Part shown: piece by piece, positions 36,525-46,086 of the stretch
Layout: each line of letters begins with the position of its first letter
Numbering within the stretch: position 1 is the first letter of the stretch
DNA from: Gemmatimonadales bacterium
GTDB lineage: Bacteria; Gemmatimonadota; Gemmatimonadetes; Gemmatimonadales; GWC2-71-9
NCBI GenBank assembly: GCA_035251445.1
Contig: DATFEG010000070.1
Coordinates: 3,563 to 67,562 of the forward strand
Direction: 5' to 3'
Length of the DNA stretch: 64,000 nucleotides
Notes under the pieces: generated by a model
The model's database searches: none
Seen by the model: only the letters and a program-made list of their open reading frames with translations
Told to the model about the DNA's origin: nothing
Program-made: the position numbers and the translations under genes

Positions 36525-37214
36525 CTAGCGAACGAATTTGCGGCGATCGCCCTTCGGCGGCGTCTTTTTATGCGCGTGTGCGGCGATTTGCAGCCGGCTG
36601 TGCAACGCGAGTTTCTCCAGGATGTTATGCACGTGACTTTTGACTGTATACGTCGCGATGTTGAGCCGCTGCGCGATCTCCTTGTTGCTCAGTCCCTCGG
36701 CGATCAGGTCCGTGATCTGCTGCTCGCGCTTGGTCATCCGTACCGACGCCATCATCGGCGTGTTTCGCAGCACCGACGCCTGTTTTGCGATGTGTGAGAG
36801 CAGCGTGCCGGTCAGGGCGGAGGGTACGACATCGCCGCCGTTGGCGACCTGGCGGATGGTGTTGACGAGATCTTCGAGGGCCGCGTCTTTCGAAATGAAA
36901 CCGTTGGCGCCGCGTTTGATGAAATCAATGACGTCTTCTTCCTCGGGTTGCACGTCCATCATGATGACGCGCGAATGCGGCGCGGCTTCCTTGATGCTCT
37001 CGACCAGGCGTTGGCTGCGGTTACGACCGAGCGCCGCATCCACGAGCACGACGTTGGGTTTGTGCTCCTGCAGGCGCTGCAACGCGGCGGACGCGCCCTC
37101 GGCGGAAGCCACGACCTTGAACTCGCCCTGTGAGTCCAGCAGCGCGGCAAGTCCATCGCGCAACAACCGATTGTCTTCAATAACGAGGATCTGAATTCTT
37201 CTATGGGTAGTCAT
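36525..37214 (-). CDS. NarL/FixJ-type response regulator (REC plus LuxR helix-turn-helix)
   Basis: Contains IQILVIEDNRLLRDGL and LTKREQQITDLIAEGLSNKEIAQRLNIATYTVKSHVHNILEKL. The start is uncertain; the track gives 37280. Confidence 0.85.
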   Translation of the reverse strand: MTTHRRIQILVIEDNRLLRDGLAALLDSQGEFKVVASAEGASAALQRLQEHKPNVVLVDAALGRNRSQRLVESIKEAAPHSRVIMMDVQPEEEDVIDFIKRGANGFISKDAALEDLVNTIRQVANGGDVVPSALTGTLLSHIAKQASVLRNTPMMASVRMTKREQQITDLIAEGLSNKEIAQRLNIATYTVKSHVHNILEKLALHSRLQIAAHAHKKTPPKGDRRKFVR

Positions 37215-37390
37215 TGGAGCGACGGCCCTCGTGCTAGGGACGAGGTGGGCAGCGAGGTTAGTCATAGTGTTCAATTTCACAGGTATTAGTCAAACCACGT
37301 TAGAAGGTTCCGGGCATCATCCTTTAGGATGAGTCGCTAAAATTACCGTCTAACCCTGCGAAAGCCATGCCGCGGCGTTTCGGCGTCCCC

Positions 37391-37428
37391 AAAAACGACC
37401 ACGGCGCTCCTCGCGGAGCGCCGTGTCG
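37391..37428 (-). terminator. Intrinsic terminator downstream of cspA
   Basis: On the minus strand, CGACACGGCGCTCC-GCGA-GGAGCGCCGTGGTCG is followed by TTTTT. Confidence 0.8.
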
Positions 37429-37447
37429 CTTCAGGTGCCGTGGGTGG

Positions 37448-37657
37448 TTACAGCTTGACGACGTTCTGCGCCGCCGGGCCCTTTTGCGCCTGTACGATCT
37501 CGAACTCGACCCGCTGGCCCTCGGCCAGCGACTTGAACCCGTCACCCTGAATCGCGGTGTGATGCACGAAGCAGTCCTTGCCGCCGTTCTCGGGCGTAAT
37601 GAAGCCAAAACCCTTGGCGTCGTTGAACCACTTCACGGTACCAGTGATACGTGCCAT
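37448..37657 (-). CDS. cspA: Cold-shock protein (CSD)
   Basis: [54 protein letters not shown] carries the RNP1/RNP2 motifs. Confidence 0.95.
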   Translation of the reverse strand: MARITGTVKWFNDAKGFGFITPENGGKDCFVHHTAIQGDGFKSLAEGQRVEFEIVQAQKGPAAQNVVKL

Positions 37658-37900
37658 CTGTTCGTTGCTCCCTAGCTAGATGCGGTTTCAGCGTCGGGCA
37701 GCCTGGCGCGACGCCGTTGAACGAGGGGGACTCTCGGAGAGAGCTCTAACCAGAAACACGACGAGGACCGCAGGCGATAGCCCAGGTCCTCGGTCAGTCC
37801 GCTGGTGTCCAGCGCACGGCACCGTGCCGTGGCCCCTTCGCTCGCCCGAAGCATCACCAGAGGGCAGAACGAAGTCAACGGTTGTACGAACGGGGGGCGC
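37658..37900 (-). promoter_or_regulatory. Probable long cspA 5-prime leader and promoter region
   Basis: A gap of about 260 nt with no convincing ORF lies upstream of cspA. Long structured leaders are typical of csp genes. The transcription start is unknown. Confidence 0.4.
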
Positions 37901-37918
37901 GTTGCAACTTAGTCGCCC

Positions 37919-38644
37919 ATGCGGCCCTTCCTTATATTATTCGCCCTCCTGGGCGTTGCTTGCCGCAACCCTGCCCCCGGAACTGCACCGCCCGTCCGTT
38001 CGACGCGCGATTCGGTTCGCGCGACCGGCCGCGACACGGTGCTCGAAGCGCGCGCGGCGCGTCTCGAGCTGCGGGTTCTCGAACGGGAGGCCCAGGTCGA
38101 CGAGCTCCAGACGCGGCTCGACGATGCCCGCCGAGAGGTGGTGCGCGCGATGGCGAAACTCCAGTCTCTCGCGACACGCGCTGAGGCCGCGTCGGGAATG
38201 GCGGAGGCGGAAATCGCCTTGCAGTCCCTGCGGCCCCCCCCCACGAGTGGCGCGACTGATCCGCCACCGGAGCTGACTGAGGGCACGCAACTCCTGCAGC
38301 TCGCCACGGTCGAATTCAACAAGCAGAACTACGGCGGCGCGCTGTATCTCGCCACGGAGGCAAAGACGGAGGCGGCCGCGGGTCAGGGCCGACTGGCGAG
38401 CGACGATCAGACTAAGCCGCGCCGCGGCGAAGTTCCGTTCGAACTACCGCTTCATTTGCTGACCACCGGACGGGCCAATGTGCGCGAAGGTCCCGGGGCG
38501 AGCTTCCGCGTCTCGTACACGCTGGATGCCGGCGCGGCCTTGACCGCCTATTCCTATGTCGACCAGTGGGTTCGTATCAGCGATGACGGCAAGCGGCCAG
38601 GCTGGATTCACCAGGGGTTGATCGCGCGGCGTCCTGTTCGCTAA
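37919..38644 (+). CDS. Lipoprotein with a coiled-coil region and a C-terminal bacterial SH3 domain
   Basis: Lipobox LLGVAC, and ANVREGPGASFRVSYTLDAGAALTAYSYVDQWVRISDDGKRPGWIHQGLI. Confidence 0.7.
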   Translation: MRPFLILFALLGVACRNPAPGTAPPVRSTRDSVRATGRDTVLEARAARLELRVLEREAQVDELQTRLDDARREVVRAMAKLQSLATRAEAASGMAEAEIALQSLRPPPTSGATDPPPELTEGTQLLQLATVEFNKQNYGGALYLATEAKTEAAAGQGRLASDDQTKPRRGEVPFELPLHLLTTGRANVREGPGASFRVSYTLDAGAALTAYSYVDQWVRISDDGKRPGWIHQGLIARRPVR

Positions 38645-40413
38645 GGGGCCTTTCGGGCGGGAACGCGCGTGCGTGCGCGGGGGCGCGCCGCGGCGATCAC
38701 GCGATTACCTCCCGCGTGTTTCGCTTCATAGAGGGCGGCATCCGCCGCGGCGATGAGTGCCTCGGGGCTATCGCCGTTAACCGGGAAGGCGGCAACGCCC
38801 ACGCTGATACTGATCGAGCCTGCGGGCAGGCTGTCACCTTCGATTTTCTTGCGAATGCGCTCGGCCGCCTCGATGGCGCCCTCGATCTCCGTTTCCGGCA
38901 TCATCAGGAGAAACTCCTCGCCACCGTAGCGCGCCAGGAAATCGACGTCGCGACTCGCTTCCCGCATGATCGCGCCGATGCGCTTGAGGAGGGCATCGCC
39001 TGCCGGATGTCCGTACGCGTCGTTGTACTTCTTGAAGAGATCGAGATCCGCCATGAGCACGGCAAAGGGGTGGCGGAGCCGGCGGGAGCGCCGCACTTCG
39101 TTTTCCAACACTTCCATCATACGCAGCCGATTGTACAGGCCGGTGAGCGGATCAGTGACCGACAGGCGCTCGAGCTCAACGCGGCTCTCGCGCAGGCGGA
39201 CCACCATGTGGTTGAACACCTGCGTCAAATAGCCGACCTCGCCGCCGTCAGTGACCGGCAGGCCGATGTCGAGGTCGCCGCCGGCCACGCGACTCGCGGC
39301 TCGCGTGAGCCGGGTGAGCGGCCGGACGATGAGGAGGCTGAGCAGGTAAGCAAATGCACCGACCACGGCCAGCAGGAACGTGACGATGGTCAGTGTCATG
39401 TTGCGCAGCCGGGCGACCTGGCGGAACGCTTCCACCGATGGAATCTCCGAGATGACGACCCAGTCGAGCGCTGGAACCACGCGCACGCTGCCGACGACGT
39501 GGTCGTCGGTGAAGCTCGTGAACTGGACCGCGTGGTCCTGGCGGTCGAGTAGCCAACGCGCGGACTGCGGTTTATACCGCTCCTCGCTCAGCGATGCCGT
39601 CGTGCCGCCCGAACTGATGACGATCTTGCCCTCGCGGGTCATGACGTAAATCTGGCCCGACTCACCCGGCGTGAAGCGGCGCAGCATGCCGGCGGCCGTC
39701 CGCAGGTTGACGCGCGCGGCGAACGCGCCCAGGACCGGTCCTCCTGTCATGCGATGCGTGGTGCGGCTCACGCGACCCACCGCGCCCGAGTGAATCGGCA
39801 CCGCAACGAGAATCGTCGCCTGTGCATCTTTGGACGCCCAATACGGCGAGCTCTGCGTCCACCCGTTCCTCCGCAAATCGCTCGCCCAATCGGCGGGCAG
39901 GGCGACCTGCCGCGGCCGGTCGGAGCTTGTCGCGACCAGATGTCCGTGCGTGTCCAGCACCAACAGCTCGGTGTAATCGCGAAACTTGTCGCGCACGGAG
40001 TTGAGGTAGTCCGTCAGGCGCTTGTGGTAGATACCTGACTGGACGGGCTCGCCGCCCTGCTGCGGGATGCGCTCGAGGTTTTCCGTGACCTCGTAGGAAC
40101 TCGAGAAGACACGCAGATCGTAGCGCAGTTCTTTAGTCCAGAGATCGAGCTCGCGGACGGCCTGTGCGGTCACCCCCTGCAGCTCTTCCGAGGCCTTGCC
40201 GGTGAGAGCGCGCTTGTTCTCGATGTAAGAAATCCACACCGTCGTCAGCGACGGCACCAGCGTCGCGACGACGGCGAACATCAGCATCTTGGCGCGGATG
40301 CTGGACAGGCGGAAAAAACGCAGCACGCTCAACGCGCGTCTCGCTGCGCGGGGTGGCACAAGATCCATCCAGGAAAGATTGCGCAAGAGCCGGGGTTGAG
40401 ACCGTGCCCGCAA
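38641..40413 (-). CDS. Membrane sensor diguanylate cyclase (Cache-like periplasmic domain, HAMP, GGDEF)
   Basis: Contains TDPLTGLYNR and RYGGEEFLLMM, with two transmembrane segments around a sensor domain. The exact start is uncertain. Confidence 0.9.
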   Translation of the reverse strand: MRARSQPRLLRNLSWMDLVPPRAARRALSVLRFFRLSSIRAKMLMFAVVATLVPSLTTVWISYIENKRALTGKASEELQGVTAQAVRELDLWTKELRYDLRVFSSSYEVTENLERIPQQGGEPVQSGIYHKRLTDYLNSVRDKFRDYTELLVLDTHGHLVATSSDRPRQVALPADWASDLRRNGWTQSSPYWASKDAQATILVAVPIHSGAVGRVSRTTHRMTGGPVLGAFAARVNLRTAAGMLRRFTPGESGQIYVMTREGKIVISSGGTTASLSEERYKPQSARWLLDRQDHAVQFTSFTDDHVVGSVRVVPALDWVVISEIPSVEAFRQVARLRNMTLTIVTFLLAVVGAFAYLLSLLIVRPLTRLTRAASRVAGGDLDIGLPVTDGGEVGYLTQVFNHMVVRLRESRVELERLSVTDPLTGLYNRLRMMEVLENEVRRSRRLRHPFAVLMADLDLFKKYNDAYGHPAGDALLKRIGAIMREASRDVDFLARYGGEEFLLMMPETEIEGAIEAAERIRKKIEGDSLPAGSISISVGVAAFPVNGDSPEALIAAADAALYEAKHAGGNRVIAAARPRARTRVPARKAP

Positions 40414-40496
40414 TCACGTGATCTGGCGCACATTCCTTACATGAAGGTCATTCTCCGGGGCGCCCCTACCGGAGCTCCCAGAGCCTTCACGGTTTC

Positions 40497-41708
40497 CTAC
40501 CGCAATGGCGCCCCGAGTTGAATCCACCGCGCTAGGATGCTCCGCTCCTGATCGGTCATGCCGGTCTTGTTGGCGATCGGCATCGTCCTCGTTTCGATTG
40601 CGCGTATCCTGATTCGCTCGGCTTGCCTGGCGATGCTTTCAGGCGTGTCGAAGGTAACCCCGCCCGGAGCCGGCCCGAATGTGCGATCGGTCTGGTATTG
40701 GGAGTGGCAGGGCTGACACCGCTGCGCGATCACTGACCGCACTGCCGCGAAACCCACAGTGTCGCCTGCCGCGCCTGCCCCGTCTGCCCCGTCTGCCCCG
40801 TCTGTCCCGCCCCTCATGCCCGTGGTCGAGAAGAACATCGCGCCAGCCAGCCCGAGTGCCGCCGGCAGGATTGCCCAGCGGCTCGACGACCCTCGACCGA
40901 TCATGGCGTGCCGCATCGCCGCGCCGGCGACAAAGAGAAATAGAAACACGAGCCAGTTCAGCCGGCTGGCGTACGTGGACGGGTAGTGATTCGACAGCAT
41001 GATGAAGAGCAGCGGAAAGGTCATGTAGCTGTTGTGCACGGAGCGCAGCTTCGCCCGCTCGCCCAATGTGAAGTCGGCAGCCCGGCCCGCGCGTGTCGCC
41101 GCCAACATCTCGCGCTGTGCGGGTAAGATCCGCAGCCAGACGTTGAGAACCATTATGGTGCCGAGGAGGGAGCCGACGTGCATGAACGCCGCGCGGCCCG
41201 AGAGAAGCCGGCAGACCAAATACGTCACGACAGCGAGCAACACCAGCGCAAGGGTGGTTGCCGCGCCCGGCCCGCGGCGCGCCAGGGACGACGACCACAG
41301 CCAGTCGTAAACCAGCCACCCCCCAACCAGGATTCCGACCCCGATTGCCGTCGCAGCACCGCGGCTGATGCGCGAGTCACCAGGATCCAGTAGGTAAGCG
41401 TTGCTCAGGTAATAGACGAGAATGAGCAACGCCACCCCCGAGATCCACGTAAACAGCGCTTCCCACTTGAACCAATGGAGGACGGGCGGCACCTCACCGG
41501 GGCCGGGTTTGCGCTTCTCGACTTGATAGAACCCGCCGCTGTGCACCATCCAGAGGTCGCCTTCGACGCCGGGGCGCGGCGCCGCCGGGGCCGTGAGCGT
41601 GCGGTCCAACCATATGAAATAGAAGGAGCTGCCAATCCAGGCGATGCCCGCAACGAAGTGTGTCCAGCGGAGAAGGAGATTCGCCCAGTCAGCGAGCCAG
41701 CTCGTCAT
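40497..41708 (-). CDS. puuD: PuuD-like (urate hydroxylase family) membrane protein with a C-terminal cytochrome c domain
   Basis: Contains WANLLLRWTHFVAGIAWIGSSFYFIWLD, GDLWMVHSGGFYQVEK and the heme motif CQPCH. The family name is recalled from memory. Confidence 0.75.
   Translation of the reverse strand: MTSWLADWANLLLRWTHFVAGIAWIGSSFYFIWLDRTLTAPAAPRPGVEGDLWMVHSGGFYQVEKRKPGPGEVPPVLHWFKWEALFTWISGVALLILVYYLSNAYLLDPGDSRISRGAATAIGVGILVGGWLVYDWLWSSSLARRGPGAATTLALVLLAVVTYLVCRLLSGRAAFMHVGSLLGTIMVLNVWLRILPAQREMLAATRAGRAADFTLGERAKLRSVHNSYMTFPLLFIMLSNHYPSTYASRLNWLVFLFLFVAGAAMRHAMIGRGSSSRWAILPAALGLAGAMFFSTTGMRGGTDGADGADGAGAAGDTVGFAAVRSVIAQRCQPCHSQYQTDRTFGPAPGGVTFDTPESIARQAERIRIRAIETRTMPIANKTGMTDQERSILARWIQLGAPLR
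40775..40810. repeat. In-frame 9-nt tandem repeat (CTGCCCCGT x3 plus 1 degenerate unit)
   Basis: Read directly. It encodes the DGADGADGAG linker between the membrane and cytochrome c parts of the PuuD-like protein. Confidence 0.85.
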
Positions 41709-41818
41709 GGGGACGTTAATTTCACCTTGAAACCGGGTCTGGCCAGTCCCCGTCCGTTTACGAGCACTCCCTTTAGAGTGTCAATTACGATCGCGTCTCC
41801 TCTCTGGGAGTCTGGTTC

Positions 41819-42940
41819 ATGAACCGAGCGCTTGTCCTCCTCGCGTCTTTTCTTCCCATCACCGCGTGCAACAAAGCCGACGCCAATGATGGCTCCACGC
41901 GCCCGTACAAAGTGGGCGCCGTCGACCGTGGCGAAGTTCGGGTCGTCGTCGAAGAGACGGGCGTGGTCTCACCGGAGCGCAGCATCGTGGTGAAGTCGCC
42001 GATCTCAGGCGTCGTCCAGCAGCTCTACGTCCGGGAAGGCGATCGCGTGCAGACGGGGCAGGCATTGGCGCGCGTCATGCCCGACATCGCGCAGGCGAAC
42101 AGTCTCGCGCAGCTCCGCAGCGAGATCGCGAAAGCGCGGATCGCGCGCGACAACGCCAAACGCGACTACGACCGCGGCCAGCAGCTGTCCGCGATCGGTG
42201 GGATCACACAGGCGGATCTCGACGTGCGGCGTGTGACCTACGAGCAGGCGGAGAACCAATGGCGCACCGCCCAGGATCAGCTGCGGCTCGTGCAGCGCTC
42301 GGGCGTATCGGCGGGTGATTCCACCGGGAGCACGGCGCAATGGGCGCGCATTACCGCGCCCGCTACTGGTGTGATCATCGGTCGGGGGGTAGAAGAAGGC
42401 GAGACGGTGGTGGGTGGGACGAGTGCGTTCGGAGGCGGCACCGAGCTGTTCACGATAGCCGATCTGTCGACGCTGCTCGTCAAGGCGGCCATCAACGAAG
42501 TCGATATCGGCAAGGTGCAGAAGGGCGATCGCGTGGCGCTGACCGTTGACGCCTTCCCCGGTGACACGGCGCAAGGAGTCGTTCGTCTCGTTCCGCCGGC
42601 CGCGAGGTTGCAGGATCGCGTGCGCGTGTTCGACGTCGAGGTCGTGGTAACAGGGGGCGCACACGTGCTGCGCCCCGGGATGACCGCCAACGTGCGCATC
42701 TCCGGACCGGTGCGGTCAGAGACCGTGCGGGTACCGGTCGAAGCTGTTCTGCTGAAGGAAGGCAAGCCGGTCGTCTATAAGCTCGGTGGCGGTGGTCCCC
42801 AGCCCGTCCCCGTCACCCTGGGCCTGTCCGACCTCTATTACGTCGAAATCCTCAACGGGCTCGCGCCCGGTGATTCGATCGCGCTCGAGGACCCGGTCGC
42901 AGCCGCGGAGCGCGCCCGTAATCCCGCGCGGCGTCGCTGA
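41819..42940 (+). CDS. Efflux periplasmic adaptor (HlyD/MacA-like membrane fusion protein)
   Basis: 373 aa with a lipoprotein-like N-terminus, a coiled-coil hairpin and a beta-barrel region (ITAPATGVIIGRGVEEGE). Confidence 0.9.
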   Translation: MNRALVLLASFLPITACNKADANDGSTRPYKVGAVDRGEVRVVVEETGVVSPERSIVVKSPISGVVQQLYVREGDRVQTGQALARVMPDIAQANSLAQLRSEIAKARIARDNAKRDYDRGQQLSAIGGITQADLDVRRVTYEQAENQWRTAQDQLRLVQRSGVSAGDSTGSTAQWARITAPATGVIIGRGVEEGETVVGGTSAFGGGTELFTIADLSTLLVKAAINEVDIGKVQKGDRVALTVDAFPGDTAQGVVRLVPPAARLQDRVRVFDVEVVVTGGAHVLRPGMTANVRISGPVRSETVRVPVEAVLLKEGKPVVYKLGGGGPQPVPVTLGLSDLYYVEILNGLAPGDSIALEDPVAAAERARNPARRR

Positions 42941-43626
42941 TGCCGGGGGCAGTGGGCGGTGCCCTGATCGAGGCACGCGGCCTCGCGAAGACGTATCGGC
43001 TCGGCCAGGTCGATGTGCAGGCATTGCGCGGCGTCGACGCGGATGTGGCTGCCGGCGAGTACGTGGCGATCACCGGTCCATCCGGCTCGGGCAAAAGCAC
43101 ACTGATGCACATCCTCGGTTGCCTGGACTCGCCTACCTCCGGCACCTATCACCTTGATGGCGAAGACGTCAGTACGCTTTCCGGCAAGCGATTGGCGCAG
43201 GTGCGCAACCGCAAAGTGGGGTTCGTGTTTCAGACCTTTAACCTGATGCCGCGACTCAGCGTCGAGGAAAACGTGGCGCTGCCGCTCAAGTATCGTGGCG
43301 GGATCCCCCGCGCGCAGCGGCGGGCCCGCGCGCTGCGGCTGCTCGACCGGCTCGGGCTATCGCACCGGATCGGCCACCGACCCGACGAGCTGTCCGGCGG
43401 TGAGCGCCAGCGCGTCGCGATTGCGCGCGCGCTCGTGGGCGAGCCGGCGATTCTCATGGCGGACGAACCCACCGGCAACCTCGATTCCAAGTCCGGAGCC
43501 GAAGTGCTCGCCACTTTCGCCGAGCTGCATCAGGCGGGGCATACCATCGTGCTGGTGACCCATGATGCAAGCGTGGCCGCCCGCGCGCAGCGGGTCATTC
43601 AGATGAGCGACGGGCTGGTCGTCTGA
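42940..43626 (+). CDS. ABC transporter ATP-binding protein (MacB/LolD type)
   Basis: Contains GPSGSGKST, LSGGERQRVAIARAL and ILMADEPTGNLD. Confidence 0.95.
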   Translation: MPGAVGGALIEARGLAKTYRLGQVDVQALRGVDADVAAGEYVAITGPSGSGKSTLMHILGCLDSPTSGTYHLDGEDVSTLSGKRLAQVRNRKVGFVFQTFNLMPRLSVEENVALPLKYRGGIPRAQRRARALRLLDRLGLSHRIGHRPDELSGGERQRVAIARALVGEPAILMADEPTGNLDSKSGAEVLATFAELHQAGHTIVLVTHDASVAARAQRVIQMSDGLVV

Positions 43627-44849
43627 ATCTCATCGAATCGCTGCTCACGGGGCTCGACGAGGCACGTCGTCACTGGGGGCAGACCCTCCTGTCGCTGCTC
43701 GGACTCGTGCTCGGCACGGCAAGTATCGTCACCGTCCTGGCGCTCTTCGGCGGCCAGACCGCGCTGACCGAGCAATTCCTCAACGAGGTCGGCGGCCGTG
43801 GAACGATCATCGTGTCCGACCGCGAAGTGTCCGCTCATCCCGGCGCGCGCGAGCTGGCGTCGAAGCGCCTGACGTTTAAGGACGCGCAGTACCTCCGCGA
43901 TCACGCCACGACCCTCGCCGCGGTCAGTCCGGGATGGGCACGACAGCTGCCCTATCGCGCCGGCAATACGAGCTTCGAGGGACAGGTCATCGGCACCGTT
44001 CCGGATTACATGGTCATCAACGACATCAAGCCGCTCATCGGCCGCTACCTCAGCGAGCTCGACGTCCGGCAGCAGTCACGTGTGGCCGTGTTGGGATGGA
44101 AGTACGCCGACTCGCTGTACGGCACGCCCGCCAATGCGCTCGGCAAGGTGGTGAGCCTCGGTGGTAAGAGCTATCGCGTGGTCGGCGTATTGGAGCGCGA
44201 AGAGTTCTACTTTGCCGCCTGGGAAGACAACGCGCTCGAGTATCGCAATGAGCGCGCCTACATCCCGATCTCTACCGCAATCACGCAGTACAGCGCCACC
44301 GACAATCTCGGCTTCCTGACGCTCAAGGCGCGACCGGCAGTCGGGGCGACGGCCGCCCAGGCGCAAGTCCGCAGCCTGCTGTATGCGCGCCACGGTGTGG
44401 AGGACTTTGACATCAGGGCATCGGGACAGGGGGCTGGGGCCGACAGCGGGCAGTTCCTCATGCTGTTCAATTTCATTTTTCTCGTGGTCGGAGTCGTTTC
44501 ACTCGTCACGGGCGGCATCGTGATCGCGAACATCCTGCTCGCGTCGGTGGTCGAGCGCGTGCGCGAGTTCGGTACTCGGATGGCCCTGGGCGCGACGGCC
44601 GGCAGCATCTTCGCGCACGTGTTGGCGGAAGTCCTCGTGGTCACGCTGATCGGCGGGTTGCTGGGACTGGGGCTGGGGACGGCGTTGACCGGCCTCGTCG
44701 CGGTCGTCATGCAGATGCCGGCTGTCGTGAGTCCGTTCATTGCCACCATTGCGATCGTAACTGCGACGAGTGTGGGCCTGATTGCCGGATTGTTCCCTGC
44801 GTTGCGCGCCGCGCGGTTGGCCCCGGTCGAGGCGTTGCGGTATGCGTGA
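43623..44849 (+). CDS. ABC transporter permease (MacB_PCD plus FtsX), probable non-canonical start
   Basis: The conserved N-terminal helix ...RRHWGQTLLSLLGLVLGTASIV begins upstream of the first ATG/GTG/TTG (GTG at 43707). A CTG at 43623 overlaps the upstream TGA. Confidence 0.8.
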   Translation: MNLIESLLTGLDEARRHWGQTLLSLLGLVLGTASIVTVLALFGGQTALTEQFLNEVGGRGTIIVSDREVSAHPGARELASKRLTFKDAQYLRDHATTLAAVSPGWARQLPYRAGNTSFEGQVIGTVPDYMVINDIKPLIGRYLSELDVRQQSRVAVLGWKYADSLYGTPANALGKVVSLGGKSYRVVGVLEREEFYFAAWEDNALEYRNERAYIPISTAITQYSATDNLGFLTLKARPAVGATAAQAQVRSLLYARHGVEDFDIRASGQGAGADSGQFLMLFNFIFLVVGVVSLVTGGIVIANILLASVVERVREFGTRMALGATAGSIFAHVLAEVLVVTLIGGLLGLGLGTALTGLVAVVMQMPAVVSPFIATIAIVTATSVGLIAGLFPALRAARLAPVEALRYA

Positions 44850-46086
44850 TTGGGTTGAGCTGATCTGGGATGCGCTGCGGGAGATCCGCGCGCATAAACT
44901 GCGTTCGCTCCTGACGCTCTCCGGGATCGTATTCGGGGCTGCCTCCGTCGTCTCCATGACGTCCCTCGCCGCGGCGATGAAGACGCTGGTTTACGAGGAC
45001 CTCATCGCCATGGGGTTGTCGCGGAGTTTCTTCATTCGTGATGAGGGACCGCGCTCGGACGCGAAGGGCGCCACGGCGCTGCGCTATACGGGATTGCGAA
45101 TCGCCGATCTCGATGCGCTCCGCGCGCTGCCCGGCGTGGCGAGCGTGCATGGACGGAATTGGGGCGACGAGAAAGTCGTCAACGCCCCGGCCGATCGGCG
45201 CCGCGTCCGGATCGACGGCGTGGATGCGGGCTACCTGGAGTTGCGCAACTGGCGCATCGTTGCCGGTCGCAGTATCCGGCCCCTCGATGTCGAAAACCGC
45301 TCGCGCGTCGCCGTCGTCGGCGCCGAAATGGCCGAGAATCTGTTCGGCACCGTGAACCCCGTCGGCCGGACGATCACCATCGACGGAGTGCGGTTTCTCG
45401 TAATCGGCATCGTGGCGCCGATCGAGTTCGATATCATTCCTGCCGATTTCAGTTTCGTCGGGCGGCGCATCTACATCCCATATTCCTATCTCACCCGATA
45501 CGCAAAGGGCGAAGCGCGGCTGGACGAGGCGCTCGTGACCGCCCGCGAGTCCGCCGAGTTCGGGGACGTGCTGCGCCGTGGCAGCGCCCTGGTGCGACAG
45601 CGGCACGGGGGGACCGTTGACTTCAACATCGAGAACGAGGCCGCCGAAGTGCTGTCCAATCTGGCGATGGCGGACAACATCCTCGGCGGTTGGAACGCGG
45701 TGATGTTCACCATCGCCGGCGTGACATTGGTGGTCGGTGGCATTGGGCTGTTCAGCGTGCTGCTCATTGCGGTGCGCGAGCGCGTCCACGAGATCGGGAT
45801 CCGCAAGGCGCTCGGCGCGGACGATAGCGCCATCCTGCGCCTGTTCCTTGCCGAGTCGCTCACGCTCGCGTTCCTCGGCGCGATACTCGGGATCGCCGGC
45901 GGCGCGGGACTCACCGTGATCACCGAGCTCATCGGCCGGCAGTTCGGCAAGCCCTTCGCCATTCCGGTGAGCATGCCCGGCGTGACGCTCGCCGTACTGT
46001 TCGCGCTGATTGTCGGGTTCCTGTTCGGCTGGTACCCCGCGCGCCGGGCGGCCCGTCTCGATCCCATCGAGGCTATTATTGGGTGA
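44842..46086 (+). CDS. Second ABC transporter permease (MacB_PCD plus FtsX)
   Basis: MRDWVELIWDALREIRAHKLRSLLTLSGIVFGAASVV. There is an 8-nt overlap with the upstream gene. Confidence 0.85.
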   Translation: MRDWVELIWDALREIRAHKLRSLLTLSGIVFGAASVVSMTSLAAAMKTLVYEDLIAMGLSRSFFIRDEGPRSDAKGATALRYTGLRIADLDALRALPGVASVHGRNWGDEKVVNAPADRRRVRIDGVDAGYLELRNWRIVAGRSIRPLDVENRSRVAVVGAEMAENLFGTVNPVGRTITIDGVRFLVIGIVAPIEFDIIPADFSFVGRRIYIPYSYLTRYAKGEARLDEALVTARESAEFGDVLRRGSALVRQRHGGTVDFNIENEAAEVLSNLAMADNILGGWNAVMFTIAGVTLVVGGIGLFSVLLIAVRERVHEIGIRKALGADDSAILRLFLAESLTLAFLGAILGIAGGAGLTVITELIGRQFGKPFAIPVSMPGVTLAVLFALIVGFLFGWYPARRAARLDPIEAIIG

